The notes under the pieces were generated by a model that saw only the letters and a program-made list of their open reading frames with translations, searched no databases and was not told where the DNA came from. From Sphaerodactylus townsendi (lineage: Eukaryota): a DNA stretch of 64,000 nucleotides. The DNA lies in the NCBI RefSeq assembly GCF_021028975.2, contig NC_059425.1, positions 29,450,001-29,514,000 of the forward strand. The letters run 5' to 3'. This document shows, one piece after another, positions 35,032-46,230 of the stretch (the stretch's first letter is position 1; each line of letters starts with the position of its first letter). The position numbers were made by a program, and so were the translations under genes.

Positions 35032-35929
35032 GGTAGGCCAAAACAGCCCTGCCTTTTAGTGACAGGGACCAAGGCTTTCATTGGCAATGCTGTTGTGGTT
35101 GCCTAGGAATGGCCCACTGAGGGCATTTGGTTCTTAAAGCTAAAAGTGCTGCTTCTATTAATTGGTGGTTGTTTTTCAGATTTCAGATGTTTCAGCAACC
35201 CTGGGTCTTTTTGTAGAAAGATCAGTCTTGTTTGTTCATGGCCCCTAACTCCAGATCTAAGTATCCACATATGGGGCCAAGTTGAGAATGAGATATATTA
35301 ATAGGTAAAGCAATCCCAAGCAGTATCTCCTTGTCTTGCAAGGATAAAACACAAGTGGCGACTCTCTTCTGCCAGAGTCCTTGCTGAGTGGGTGGGAACA
35401 GCTTCACAAAGGATAGTGAGCAATCAGTGAAGCAATACATTTACAGTGATTGAAAAGTAAGCATGTAAGGTTCTGAATCATACAGAACCCTAACCCTCCT
35501 TTAGATTAAAAAAGGAAAATAAAATATATTCCGTCTGAGATAAGAATCAAGGGGCTTTTTATAAATCAGTAATTGGCTAAGTCATAATGGTTCGTGATCC
35601 CAACAGAGAAGTAAACAATGGAATCTCCCCTCAAGATGTGTATTAAAACTTGTGATGTGGGTGTTCTGGGAATTATTTCTGATTTAATTTTAAATAATAA
35701 TGTAAGCACTTAATGTTAACAGAAGGCAAATACAAGCCTGTACAATGTACAAGCTGTGTGAGTGTGTGTGTTTCCATTCTTTCATACTCCACATCTATCC
35801 CATCTAACATGATTTATTTGCAGCAGTGGCAAGTATAGATAAACAGACTATTATTTACATCTGTGGGACAGACATTTTTCTACAGAAAACTATAGCATCA
35901 GAACATTTTCCATTTTGGAACATTTTCTG

Positions 35930-36343
35930 CCTCACACCACTGATTAGGACCAGGTCAATTAAATTTGACTCCACCCAGACACAGGATTTGCATTCACTAA
36001 GACTGTTGCTGCTCCAGGGAATGCAAATGCGAATCACACCCTGGACTGAAAAACCCTACCCGCATTACAATGCAGTCAACCACACATTTGAATAGCAAGT
36101 TCCACCCAAACACTTACTGATTGATTCCCCACCCTGGGACATGGACGATATAAACCCCACTAACATTCCCTTCTCACTAGACACAGTGTGTAACAGACTT
36201 CCCTCTGTGATACACCTCTGAAGATGCCAGCCACAGATGCAGGCGAAACGTTAGGAACAAGATCTACCAGACCACAGCCACACAGCCCTGAAAACCCACA
36301 ACAACCAGTTGAATCTTGCTGTGAAAGCCTTTGAGAATACATC
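35930..36343 (+). mobile_element. Penelope-like element terminal (pseudo-LTR) region
   Basis: cccaccctggg...atataaaccccact...ctgaagatgccagccacagatgcaggcgaaacgttagg...gtgaaagcctttgagaatac, matching lizard Penelope-like 3' ends as recalled; 5' boundary approximate. Confidence 0.8.
36215..36255 (+). ncRNA. Minimal type I hammerhead ribozyme motif in the Penelope-like repeat
   Basis: Stem I CCU/AGG, CUGAAGA 36218-36224, stem II GCC/GGC, GAAA 36245-36248, loopless palindromic stem III ACGU, cleavage triplet GUU. Confidence 0.75.
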
Positions 36344-36364
36344 AATTTAATTTGTTTATCAGCA

Positions 36365-36653
36365 CCAGTGGCATAGTGGTTAAGAACATGTGTACTCTAA
36401 TCTGAAGGAACCAGGTTTGATTTCCCGCTCTGCCACCTGAGCTGTGGAGGCTTATCTGGGGAATTCAGATTAGTCTGTGCATTCCAACCCATGCCAGCTG
36501 GGTGACCTTGGGCTAGTCACAGTTCTTCAGAGCTCTCAGCCCCACCTACCTCACAGGGTGTTTGTTGTGAGGGTGTGAAGGGAAAGAAGTTTGTAAGCTC
36601 CTTTGAGTCTCCTATAGGAGAGAAAGGGCGGATATAAATCCAACTCTTCTTCT
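36365..36653 (+). mobile_element. Squam3-like SINE, same subfamily as 898-1186
   Basis: Near-collinear with 898-1186, including gaggcttatctggggaattcagattag. Confidence 0.88.
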
Positions 36654-37079
36654 TATAGATGATCCTATAGTCATAGCATCCATGAAGCAGCATCTGAAAG
36701 AAAAGAAAAAAATGAGTAAGCATTGGAAGACGTAACTAACCAGAAAAAGTTCTTGGGGTCATGGTGGTCAGCTCAATGAAAATCTTCATTCAGCGCATAG
36801 AAAGCAGTGAAGAAGGCAGATTCCATGTTCCAGAAGCATTAGGAGAATGAAAATAAAATCATGTATTGTAATACCCTTGAAACAATCTACACCAGGGTTC
36901 CCCAATATGATACCCATGGACGCCATGGTGTTGCCATTACTTTCCTTGATGCCTGCCAAGCTCTTCAGAAAGTGGGTGGGGCCATTGTAAAGCAGGGCTT
37001 ATTCTTAGCTGACCTCATTCAAACGAAAGGGTTTTCTACAGCTGCAATAGTAACCACAGGCACTGGGACACCCAGGCTT

Positions 37080-37340
37080 NNNNNNNNNNNNNNNNNNNNN
37101 NNNNNNNNNNNNNNNNNNNNNNNNNNNNNNNNNNNNNNNNNNNNNNNNNNNNNNNNNNNNNNNNNNNNNNNNNNNNNNNNNNNNNNNNNNNNNNNNNNNN
37201 NNNNNNNNNNNNNNNNNNNNNNNNNNNNNNNNNNNNNNNNNNNNNNNNNNNNNNNNNNNNNNNNNNNNNNNNNNNNNNNNNNNNNNNNNNNNNNNNNNNN
37301 NNNNNNNNNNNNNNNNNNNNNNNNNNNNNNNNNNNNNNNN
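37080..37340. other. Assembly gap
   Basis: N run. Confidence 1.
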
Positions 37341-37739
37341 TTTTCCCAAAGTGGTGGGGAGGAGGTATCATGTTTGGATCTGCCTCCTAAGGCTGACATT
37401 TTGGGTTTGGCTCCACCTATTCTGGCAGACATTTTGGGGTGTTGCCCACCATCACTGCTGAAAATTCCAAAGGTGTCTGCAAGATCAAAATGGTTGTGGA
37501 CTCCTGTGTGGTCTACAGTGTGGCCACCCGTATAATTCTGGCTAAACTTCTCTTTTTTAAATCACAGAGCTGGAAAGGTACAACCCAAAATGAAGGCAAA
37601 GGGATTTGAGGTCTTGTTACTTAAGAGAAAAATGATTGTTGAAGGGGAAAGGTAATAGAGATTTGTAGAAGTATGCCTGCTCGATTGCAAGAATTTCTTC
37701 TTCCTGTTTCATAATATATCAGACTTGGGGGCACTAAAT

Positions 37740-38105
37740 TAATTGACAGAATAGGACAGATGAAATAGAGTATTTTACTCAGATAAAATAGAGTATTTAA
37801 TTAATACATGGAATTCACTGCTACAAGCTTTGATGCTGGCCTCTAGCTTAAACTGTTTCTAAAATGGGGCTGGACACAATTCATTGTCTAGCAGTTGTGA
37901 TCAGCCCTGTAGGGACTTCTGTGTTCAGAAGCATTATATCTTCAAATATCATTTGTGAAAGGACAAATATTTTTTTGGGGGGGGGAGCTGCTACTTTCAT
38001 GCCTGGCTTGTAGACTTCCAAGGAGTTTCTGCCTAGCCACTCTAGGAAACCAAAAGCTGGACTTGATGACCACTAATCTGAGACAACTGGGCTCTTCTGA
38101 TGTGT
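37740..38105 (+). mobile_element. Old CR1 3' end
   Basis: tggaattcactgc; gctggacttgatg...tctga...gctcttctgatgt decayed tail. Confidence 0.55.
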
Positions 38106-39233
38106 TTTCCCCTGATGCTTTCCTCCCATGAAAAATAAACCAGATGGTAGCTCACACACACACCAGTCCATGCCAGTGAGACAGCAAACAGGCCCTGACT
38201 GATCAGCGTTTAATTACAAAAGATGCCTTCAGAGACAAAGGGCTACATGAGCCTTATCCATTCCAAAATTGGAAATATAACTCCTCCTAGTAAGGCAAGT
38301 CTAACTCCAGGATCATCCCAGTGTCAGAGGGGAGGGGGGCACAGAGTTTGTGCTTACAAAGGTTTCTGGGATTTATTCTGCTAATACTACTTATGACTAC
38401 CAGAGGTATTTAATGGTTTCTTTATAGGTCACTGTGGAAGACCTGCCCAAGTCCAGCAAATCTCCCACAGGTCTCAGTGAGACAAGAGGGTTTTTTCTTA
38501 ACCTTTGTTCTCCTCCTTTTTCCTGGCCCGGCTCCTTTCAACTTATTCATTTATACCCCACCCTGTCGAACAAGTCAGGCTCAAGGTGGCCATTTTCCTT
38601 TTGCCTCATGAAGGGCCTGTCCTGAGACCACCTCTTTGGTATCTCCATTCCGCCTGGAATTACCATGAGATGTGACCCTCCTCCTGGTTCCAGGTTGCTT
38701 CCCAGCTGATTGTCCCGCCATGGACTGTTAAAAGGCTAGTCACTGCAAATTAGATAACTAGCAGGCATGTTTGTTGCCGGTTTGAAGGATCCGTGAGTCC
38801 TTGGAGCCCCTCCGGTTCCTCAGGTCCCTGAAGCAGGCCTTTATACAGGGATTATACAATGTGAGACAATGCATTCAAATAGCAGGAGACATGTAACAAA
38901 ATACAATAAGACTACAATAACAAATGTTAGAAATAATGCCAAAACTGTATCAGTCATATCCCATAAATAGCGCAAAAGCAGAATTGCTAAAGTAATAAAC
39001 CATAGCAGAAACAGCAAGATAATACATACAGTGAACAGTAGAATGAATTACAATCCTGCCCCCCTTGTAAAAGCACCAAACTAAACCATTCTATTATAAT
39101 AGGAGTTCCCAGTGTGATACCTATGGGTGCTATGGGGCCTGCCCACTCCTTCCTGCCCCCCCCCAATGGTGGTGCCAGAGCAGGCTGTTGCCCTGCAAGG
39201 ATCCTGGTTCATCACTGGAGGTTCAAGCGATAG

Positions 39234-39432
39234 CAGGGGTGTACCGCCCAGGGGAACATATTGGGGTCAAATGTCCCCAGGCTGTGGCCTTTTAGTCACA
39301 TGGGGGGCAGAAAATCCTCCCCCCAGTGCAAAAAAGTTGTTTGGTCATGGTGGGGAGGGCGGCTGCCCATATGGGGGAGGGGGGGGGACTCAGATTTTGC
39401 ACCAGGCTACATTTTTCCTAGATACGCCTCTG
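39234..39432. mobile_element. hAT MITE
   Basis: TIRs CAGGGGTGTA / TACGCCTCTG; 8-bp TSD agcgatag/agtgatag. Confidence 0.8.
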
Positions 39433-39656
39433 AGTGATAGTTCAGTTTTTTAAAAAAAATGTTGCTTTGGCACAGCTGCCACCACAACACAAGGATCTTC
39501 ATGACAGAAGTCAGGCTGCAGCAGCTGTGTTTGGGCTGGCTCTGCCTGCTGAGGTGGCTGGTTGGTGGCTGTGCCCAGCATGCTGGGTCAGAATTCTCAA
39601 AATGCCCACAGTCTTAAAAGGACTGGGGCCCTTACATTATTCTGTAGTCTTATAGC

Positions 39657-39895
39657 AAGCTTGGTGTAGTGGTTAAGAGCAGGTGGACTCTAATCTGGGG
39701 AACCAGGTTTGATTCTCCACTCCTCCACATGAGTGGCGAAGTCTTATCTGGTGAACCCACCTACCTCACAAGGTGTCTGTTGTGGGGAAAGGAAGGGAAA
39801 GGAGTTTGTAAGCCACTACAGGAGAGAAAAGGGGGCATAAATCCAAACTACTCATCATCATCATCCTTCTCCTTTTCCTCCTCCTCCTCTTCTTC
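39657..39895 (+). mobile_element. Squam3-like SINE, internally deleted
   Basis: ttggtgtagtggttaagagc head; cacctacctcacaagg; pyrimidine microsatellite tail. Confidence 0.85.
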
Positions 39896-40029
39896 CCCCC
39901 ATTATAAACATTTCCTCCCGAGTTCTGAACAATTCAGTTTAACAGTTCGCAGAAATGTAGACTCCTGAGTTCCTCAACCTGGTCATTCCACAAGGTGAGA
40001 GCCACATCAAAGAAAGCATGTCTATAAAG

Positions 40030-40189
40030 CAGTGGTTCTCAACCTGTGGGTCGGGACCCCTTTGGTGGTCAAACGACCCTTTCACAGTATTCTCCATCTA
40101 TAAAATGGATAAATGTTAGGGTTGGGGGTCACCACAACATGAGGAACTGTATTAAAGGGTTGCGGCACTAGGAAGGTTGAGAACCACTG
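40030..40189 (+). mobile_element. SPIN (SPACE INVADERS) non-autonomous hAT element
   Basis: CAGTGGTTCTCAACCTGTGGGTCG...GGGGGTCACCACAACATGAGGAACTGTATTAAAGGG...AGGTTGAGAACCACTG matches SPIN/URR1 ends as recalled; perfect TSD CTATAAAG. Confidence 0.9.
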
Positions 40190-40954
40190 CTATAAAGTAT
40201 GCATGTCAATCTCACACTTTCATGCAGTGGTGGCTTGGGTGAGTGGAGTCCTGGTGGAGCATAGCAGAAGAAGTGGTCCTATAGATATTAATTTTCAAGG
40301 CGGTGAAGGGCTTTGCAGGTGATACGATATCGCTTTAAGGGCTGAACACCATGAAGAGCAACAGAGCAGAGGAGAAGACCACATCTGGATCATTCCCAGC
40401 TTTGAAGGCTCTGAGTTGGATACTGTCTCTTTTTGAAACAGGGACTGGGCCAAATGAAAACATCCAACACAAACTGGGAGGAAAGAGTCCTTTGCTCTCA
40501 GTTTAGAACATTGACTAAGCTCGCGTCCATTCACAACTCTCCAAAGCACTATATAAACTCTCTACGAGATCACACACAATTCAAGTGATATAGGGCATGT
40601 AGGGCTGCCAACATTTAAATCAGTCCTTCTAGCTGTCTGTCTAATGCCAGTATGATCTGCAGCAGTTGTCAGATGGCTGGTATTTAGTTCCATGTCAGGA
40701 AAACCTTTCAATCCATTGCCTCCAAAAAGATATTTTGCAGGAACAGCCAAGCATGAGAACACACATAAGCATGTTGCTAGCACTAGTCTGCTCAGGAGCC
40801 TTGCCTGTATCCCACCTCCTGTCACAACCACCACCACCACCCCTGCACTTCAAAGGATGCACAGACAATGCAGGCCACACAGGTAAGCAAAGACTGAAGA
40901 TCCTGGCTGCAAACTGACAGCTGGCAGCAGCATCTCCCCTCCCAGAACACATTA

Positions 40955-41062
40955 AGTCACTTCCAACTTAATTAAAGACCTCCAGAACATCCCATCATCA
41001 ACAGCCTTGCGCAGGTCCTGCAAACTGAGGGCTGTGGTTTCCTTTGTAGAGCCAATCCATCT
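40955..41062 (-). mobile_element. RTE-clade LINE 3' fragment
   Basis: Minus strand agatggattggctctacaaaggaaaccacagccctcagtttgcaggacctgcgcaaggctgtt resembles squamate RTE ORF ends. Confidence 0.65.
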
Positions 41063-41300
41063 GGAGAACTGGGTTTGATTCCACACCCCTGTACATGCGC
41101 CAGAAACTCTTATCTGGTGAATCAGGTGTGTTTCCGCACTCCTACATTCCAGCTGGGTGACCTTGGGCTCTTTGGGATGCCCTCAGCCCCACCTACCTCA
41201 CAAAGTGTTTGTTGTGGGGAGAGGAGGGGAAAGGAGTTTGTAAGCCCCTCTGAGTCTCTTACAGGAGAGAAGAGGGGGGCTAGAAATCCTTCTTATTCTT
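41060..41300 (+). mobile_element. Squam3-like SINE, 5'-truncated
   Basis: ctggagaactgggtttgattcc; gctgggtgaccttgggct; ctcagccccacctacctcaca. Confidence 0.85.
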
Positions 41301-41549
41301 TTAAAACTACAGATGAAACATAAGTCAACAGGGTAGAAACCTACACCTTGCAGAAACAAGGTAATGATTGATTACCATGTCACTGGCATCTTTAGCTTTC
41401 CAGTCATATTAATTCATAGTCCAAGAAGACCACAGTGATGACACATGCAGAGACACAGCGAGCATCCTCCTTTATGAATGGGCCCACAACTGTGACTCTG
41501 GGTCTGGTCATTCGCCCGCATCTCTGCATGGGTACCATCGGCTCAGTAA

Positions 41550-42500
41550 AGTGATCCCATTTACAGAGATGCCGCGGCATTCCTTGCCTGACTTCCGAAA
41601 GGCTGAGCGTTGTGCCTCTGACCGAGTCACCGTTCCGTGCCCGGAGGCCGAAGCTGTTCGTGGGCGAAAGCAGTGGGCGATGCCGCTAGCGGGAGGGCGA
41701 AGTGGCCCGTGTCTGCTGAGAGGCCTCCCGCGGGGCCACGGCGGCAGGCCGGGGCCCCGAAGGCGTCTGGCCGGCTGCCTCGAAGGGGCGTGTGAGCGCC
41801 GCCGGGCCGTCCCACCCTCCGGGGGCGGGCCCGAGCAGCCGGCAAAGGCGGGCGAGGGACGGAGGCGGGGATGGTGCCAGCCGGGGGACGAGCAGCCTGC
41901 CGCTTGCGCGCCGGGGCGCCGAGCCCGGGAGCGGGCCCTGCGGCTGGACGGGGCGGACGCCGCCCTCCTCGGCTGGAGCGGCCCCACGAGCGGCGGCGGC
42001 GGCGGCGGCGGAGGGGCGTCGTGGCCGGGGCTGCCGAGCGGGTGCCCGGCCGGAGCGGGCGAGGCTGAGGGCGATGCCGCTGCGACGGGGCGGGCGGCCA
42101 GCATGGAGAGGCTGGCGGCGGCGCTGGGGCGCGTGGCGTGGAGCCCGGGACCGCCGCTGCCGCTCGACCTCATCGTGGCCAAGTGTCGCCTGCCCGCCCT
42201 CGTGCGCCCCGGGCCTGGTGGGTCAGCTCCGTCGTTTCGCGGGGGGGGGGGGGGGCTTCGAAGGCTGCTCTGGGGGGCTCTGGGGGGAGGGCTCCAGAGG
42301 GGGCGCTGACTTTCTGGGGGGGCCCTGGACGGAGCAGGTGGGGGAGGAGGCCATTTTCAGGGCCTGGGGAAGGCCTCCACTTCTCCCAGCGGAGCTCATC
42401 TGTTTTGGGGCGGTTGGGACGAAACTTTCCCGTCGAGTCAAAGCATGTCGGTGCCTCAGGTGTCAGGGGTGGGGGTGCGACCCTCAGAAGGGTCTGCTGC
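41550..42500. promoter_or_regulatory. GAREM2: CpG island / promoter and 5' region of GAREM2
   Basis: Very GC- and CpG-rich, several GGGCGG boxes, (CGG)7 at 41991-42011, surrounds the first coding exon. Confidence 0.9.
42103..42217 (+). CDS. GAREM2: GAREM2 (GRB2-associated regulator of MAPK1 subtype 2) coding exon 1
   Basis: agcATGG start; MERLAAALGRVAWSPGPPLPLDLIVAKCRLPALVRPGPG resembles the human GAREM2 N-terminus (..PLDLIVSRCRLP..); donor G|gtgggt; follows RAB10 as in human. Confidence 0.9.
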
Positions 42501-44039
42501 GCCAGTTCCATTGAAATGAAGGGCAGCTTCCCAAGAGCACCCTTTCGGTGTGTTTGGCGGAGGTGGGTTAGCCCTTCTCGTTGAGATCTGTTTCCCACCC
42601 TGTCACCCATAGTGGCACCCTGGTGCATTTACCTGCTGCTTCACATTGTCTCGAGGTAAGGCTGCCTTTGTTTTATGAGTCCCTGAGAGTGCATCTTCAC
42701 TGAAGTCACCACTGTTCTCTTTGGGGGAAAGGTACTTTGGGGAGTGATCCCTAGTGGCACCTGAAAGAATGAGCTACATCAGCTCAGTCAAATGCCCCAA
42801 GACATCATCTTTTTGCGTCCAGTGCGTTTGCCTTATTGCCTGGGTGGGGGAGAGAGCTCAGTGCTGTGCGTTTGTGCCGGGAGCGTGTTTTGTAGGGCAG
42901 AGAAAGGAAGCATCTGTCCCTTCTGTGGGATTCAGTAATCTATTGGGGGTAAACCTCATGGGGTGTGTGTGTGTTATTTTAAGCCTTCTGCAGTTGCTTT
43001 TATGGGGCTCTTTTCAGATGTGAAAATGTGTTCCACAATAGGAGGGGGAGGGGGCGGCTTTTCCAACCAGAGTCTCGCCTACCTTAGCAACTGGTATCTC
43101 TCCCATCGCTCCCCCCCCCCCACCGCCCCAATTTCTGTCGCTCTGATTACTGAGGAAGGATTGGTTGCAGATGGCACTCATTCTGTTCCCGCAAACCCCT
43201 GGCAGAGGGGAGTGTTTCAGTGGCAAGCTGCCCAGCTTGGGTTTTGTACACCGTGAGAAGAATGGGGATTTTTTCCATCCGTGGTCCGTGTGATGCCTTG
43301 AATACTAATGGAAGGGGAAACGAGTGTCTCTCCCCTCCTCCTGTATCTTTTTGTGAATGAGTTTGGGGAGGGGAGAAGCCCTAGCAGCTCTTGATGCTGG
43401 ATTTCCCCTCCCTGACGCTTCAATTGCTGAGAAAGCTTAATGAGACAGCCGGGACCTGACCCCCATCCAGGAGCATAAACGACATCCATGCAACAGACAG
43501 CTGTCAGTTTGGCCTCTTTTTTCATTTCAGAGGGACGGGGGAGGGAGCCCTCCTCTGGCAACCATGCCTCGCCCACCCCCTACATGCATGCAGGCAGCCG
43601 TGTGCCAGCTGGGTAAACCTGCGTTGTTGTTATCTTGCAAAAAGCGTGAACTCCAAGACACTGTCTTTCCCCCAGACCGGCACTGTGGTTTCTCTCTAGA
43701 TCCTGTGGAGTTTGTTGATTGGTAGAACTGGAGAACCTGGAAGAAAACCCAGGAGGCACCTGTGCCAAGCCAAGTTGATTCTTTGAATCTGCACTGGCAG
43801 CCTGGGGGCTGTATCAGGCCCACTGAGATTCTTCTCTTGATGGTTGCAGAGCCGTTAGGTGCAGGTTGTGGCGGCTACCAGCATCCTAGTTTTTGCAGCC
43901 TTGTTTTCCTTACTGCGCACAGATGCAGGGATTCAATGCCAGCAGCCAGCACAGAAGCAACTATTTTTTAAATTCATTTGTACAGTAATTGAGTTTTTGG
44001 AACAAGTTTGCCTCAAAAGAGGTAGATGACAGGTGAAAA

Positions 44040-44166
44040 TGGTTTCAGGTGGATCGGCATGTTAGTCTGGAACAGTAGGACAACATTTGAATCCACTGGC
44101 CTCTTAAAGACCACTCAACATTTTTAGGTGTAAGCTTTTGGGAGTCAAAACTCCCTTTGTCAATAC
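44040..44166 (-). mobile_element. Second Penelope-like (Neptune-type) remnant with decayed hammerhead
   Basis: gtttcaggtggatcggcatgttagtctg...taagcttttgggagtcaaaactccctttgtca; minus strand tTGACAAA-gggagt-tttg-actccc-AAAAGCTTA. Confidence 0.6.
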
Positions 44167-44604
44167 TGCATGACAAAATTAATTCGAACCCCTGAAAGTG
44201 GGTGCCTCAGCTGGTTTTTGCTTTGTGTGTGCCCGTTATTTGAAAATAAATTCAAAGATAGAAATTTGTTGGAAAGTTGTTTTGAAAACTGTTGCAAGGG
44301 TTTGGGAGGTAGATGGCTGGCCTTCTCCCACTGTGCCCATGTAATAACCTGGCAAGTGGCCCAGCTTGGATGAAAATCATTTGTGACTGAACTTCACAGC
44401 AGCATCATTTGTGACTGAACTTCACAGCGTGCCACGTGCAGCTGGCTGGCCAAGAGTTCTCTACAAGAGTTGCCTGCACACTGTGATGTGATCTTGGTGG
44501 AGCAGAAGAGAAATGTAGGTGACCCAAAGAGAGATGCTATGAGTGAATTTCAGTGGGGGTTTCTAACCTGTTCTTTGCAGGATCAGGAGTCCCAAAATAG
44601 ACAC

Positions 44605-44715
44605 ATGAACGCATGAAACTGCCTTATGTTGAGTCTGTCAAGATCAGTGTTGTCTACTCTGACTGGCAGCAACTTCCCAGAATCTCAGGTAGAGGTCTTT
44701 CAAATTCATCTACCA
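44605..44715 (-). mobile_element. 3' half of a tRNA-headed SINE with CR1-like tail
   Basis: catgaaactgccttat...tgtctactctgactggcagc...agaggtcttt. Confidence 0.7.
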
Positions 44716-45230
44716 CTGAGCTATGATTCCTCTCCAAGACTGGACTTCATTCCTTGAGTGATCTGTTCTATTCCAATAGCATCATAGGGTGATCCTGGTA
44801 ATCTTGGCCTTGCTGCCGTTATTGTTGGTGGAATACACAGAGGAGAAATCAATCCCTGTGGCTTGCACATGGTGGTTTGAATTATGTAGGCTAATGTGTT
44901 ATAGGCTGATTGTATGGGAACCCTTCCTTGGGTCAGGGAACCTTCTGGTTCTTTCAGGCCATAATTTAGATTCTGATGCATCTGTTGCTTGTTTGCAGTA
45001 TGTGCAGATCCCTGGAAAGTTTGACAGATGGGACAGTTTCGAAGGAATTTGGAGTCTGTTCAGAGTGGGAAGAGAGGAGGTTGATGAGCGGAGAACCGTT
45101 TTTAAGTTGGGCTGCCTGAAGTAGGAAGGGGGATATGGGTCTGTATAATTACAGTATGAGCCAGTCTAAAATGTTTAGGAACTAGGAAGCACTCTAGGAA
45201 CCGTAGGTATTGGGGTGGAAGAGAGTACGA

Positions 45231-45488
45231 CCCGTGTTTCCCCAAAAACAAGACAGGGCCTTATATTAATTTTTGCTCCAAAAGATGCGTTAGGGCTTAT
45301 TTTTAGGGGATGTCTTATTTTTCCCCATGATTTTGCGCCCCCCACGTGACCAGATCAGCTGTGCCGGGGAATCTGCAACTAGGGCTTATTTTTGGAGTAG
45401 GGCTTATATTTCAAGCATCCTCCAAAAATCCTGAAAAATCATGCTAGGGTTTATTTTCAGGGTAGGTCTAATTTTCGGGGAAACAGGG
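45231..45488. mobile_element. Tc1/mariner-superfamily (Tc2/pogo-like) MITE
   Basis: TIRs ccgtgtttccccaaaaacaagac / gtctaattttcggggaaacaggg followed by TA; internal tagggcttatttt repeats. Confidence 0.75.
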
Positions 45489-46004
45489 TATATTAGAATT
45501 GGTTTCATGGAAGTGTGGAGAAGCCACAGTACTATGATGGAGCAGACATTTGTTCTGCATATTGAAGGTCTCAGGTTCAATTTCTGGCATCTCTAGCTGG
45601 GAAGTACTTTGGACTGGAAAGCCACTGACAATCAGATCAGACCGCCTGAGTTAGAAGAACTGATGTTCTGATATTATAAGGTGAGGTCTTCAAAAGTAAA
45701 CATTCCTTTCTTCTTTCAACCAGACATTTGTGTCCTGAATTTTTAAGGAAGGGGGTTAAAATAACTGTCTAACGCCGATTAAAATAATTCTACAAAAATA
45801 GAAGTATTATTATGAACTCTGCAAAACACTTGTGCCTCCATCTGTTTCAGTCAGATGCTTCCTTGAAAAACATTTAATTGGGTTAATACAGCAAAACTTG
45901 CAGTGTAATCCTGGGCAGACTTACTGCAGTTGCAGAGTTACCCCAGATTCAGGGCTGAAAGTAGATCAAGTTTCTTCCTTTTACTGCCTCACTTCAGATG
46001 TGGA

Positions 46005-46150
46005 ATGGCCTGGTGTAACCCAATCCTGTCATATTTCAGAACTAAGCAGGGCTGGCACTTGGGTGGGAGCCCACCAAGGAAGACTCTGCAGAGGCGAACC
46101 ACCTCTGCTTCTCACTTGCCTTGAAAGCTCCTTGCTCTGGTTGCCATGAA
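46005..46150 (+). mobile_element. Decayed 5S-headed SINE
   Basis: cccaatcctgtcatatttcagaactaagcaggg...acttgggtgggag-ccaccaagg; body cttgccttgaaa shared with the 9195 copy. Confidence 0.6.
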
Positions 46151-46162
46151 TTGCCTGTTCCT

Positions 46163-46230
46163 CTGCGAGTAGCAGAGTGCTGGACTAGATGGACTCTGGT
46201 CTGATCCAGCAGGCTTGTTCTTATGTTCCT
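46163..46230 (+). mobile_element. CR1 extreme 3' tail
   Basis: ctgcgagtagcagagtgctggactagatggactctggtctgatccagcaggcttgttcttatgttc. Confidence 0.85.

Noticed and set aside
34508-35106. Long ORFs here and at 36861-37535, 53724-53996 and 60350-60964
   Set aside because: Artefacts of N-runs.
38120-38860. Possible minus-strand solo LTR (similar impression at 12900-13100 and 59850-60170)
   Set aside because: Could not define TG...CA termini or TSDs.
41508-42628. Multiple long Arg/Gly/Pro-rich ORFs on both strands
   Set aside because: Stop depletion in a CpG island; only 42103-42217 resembles a known protein.
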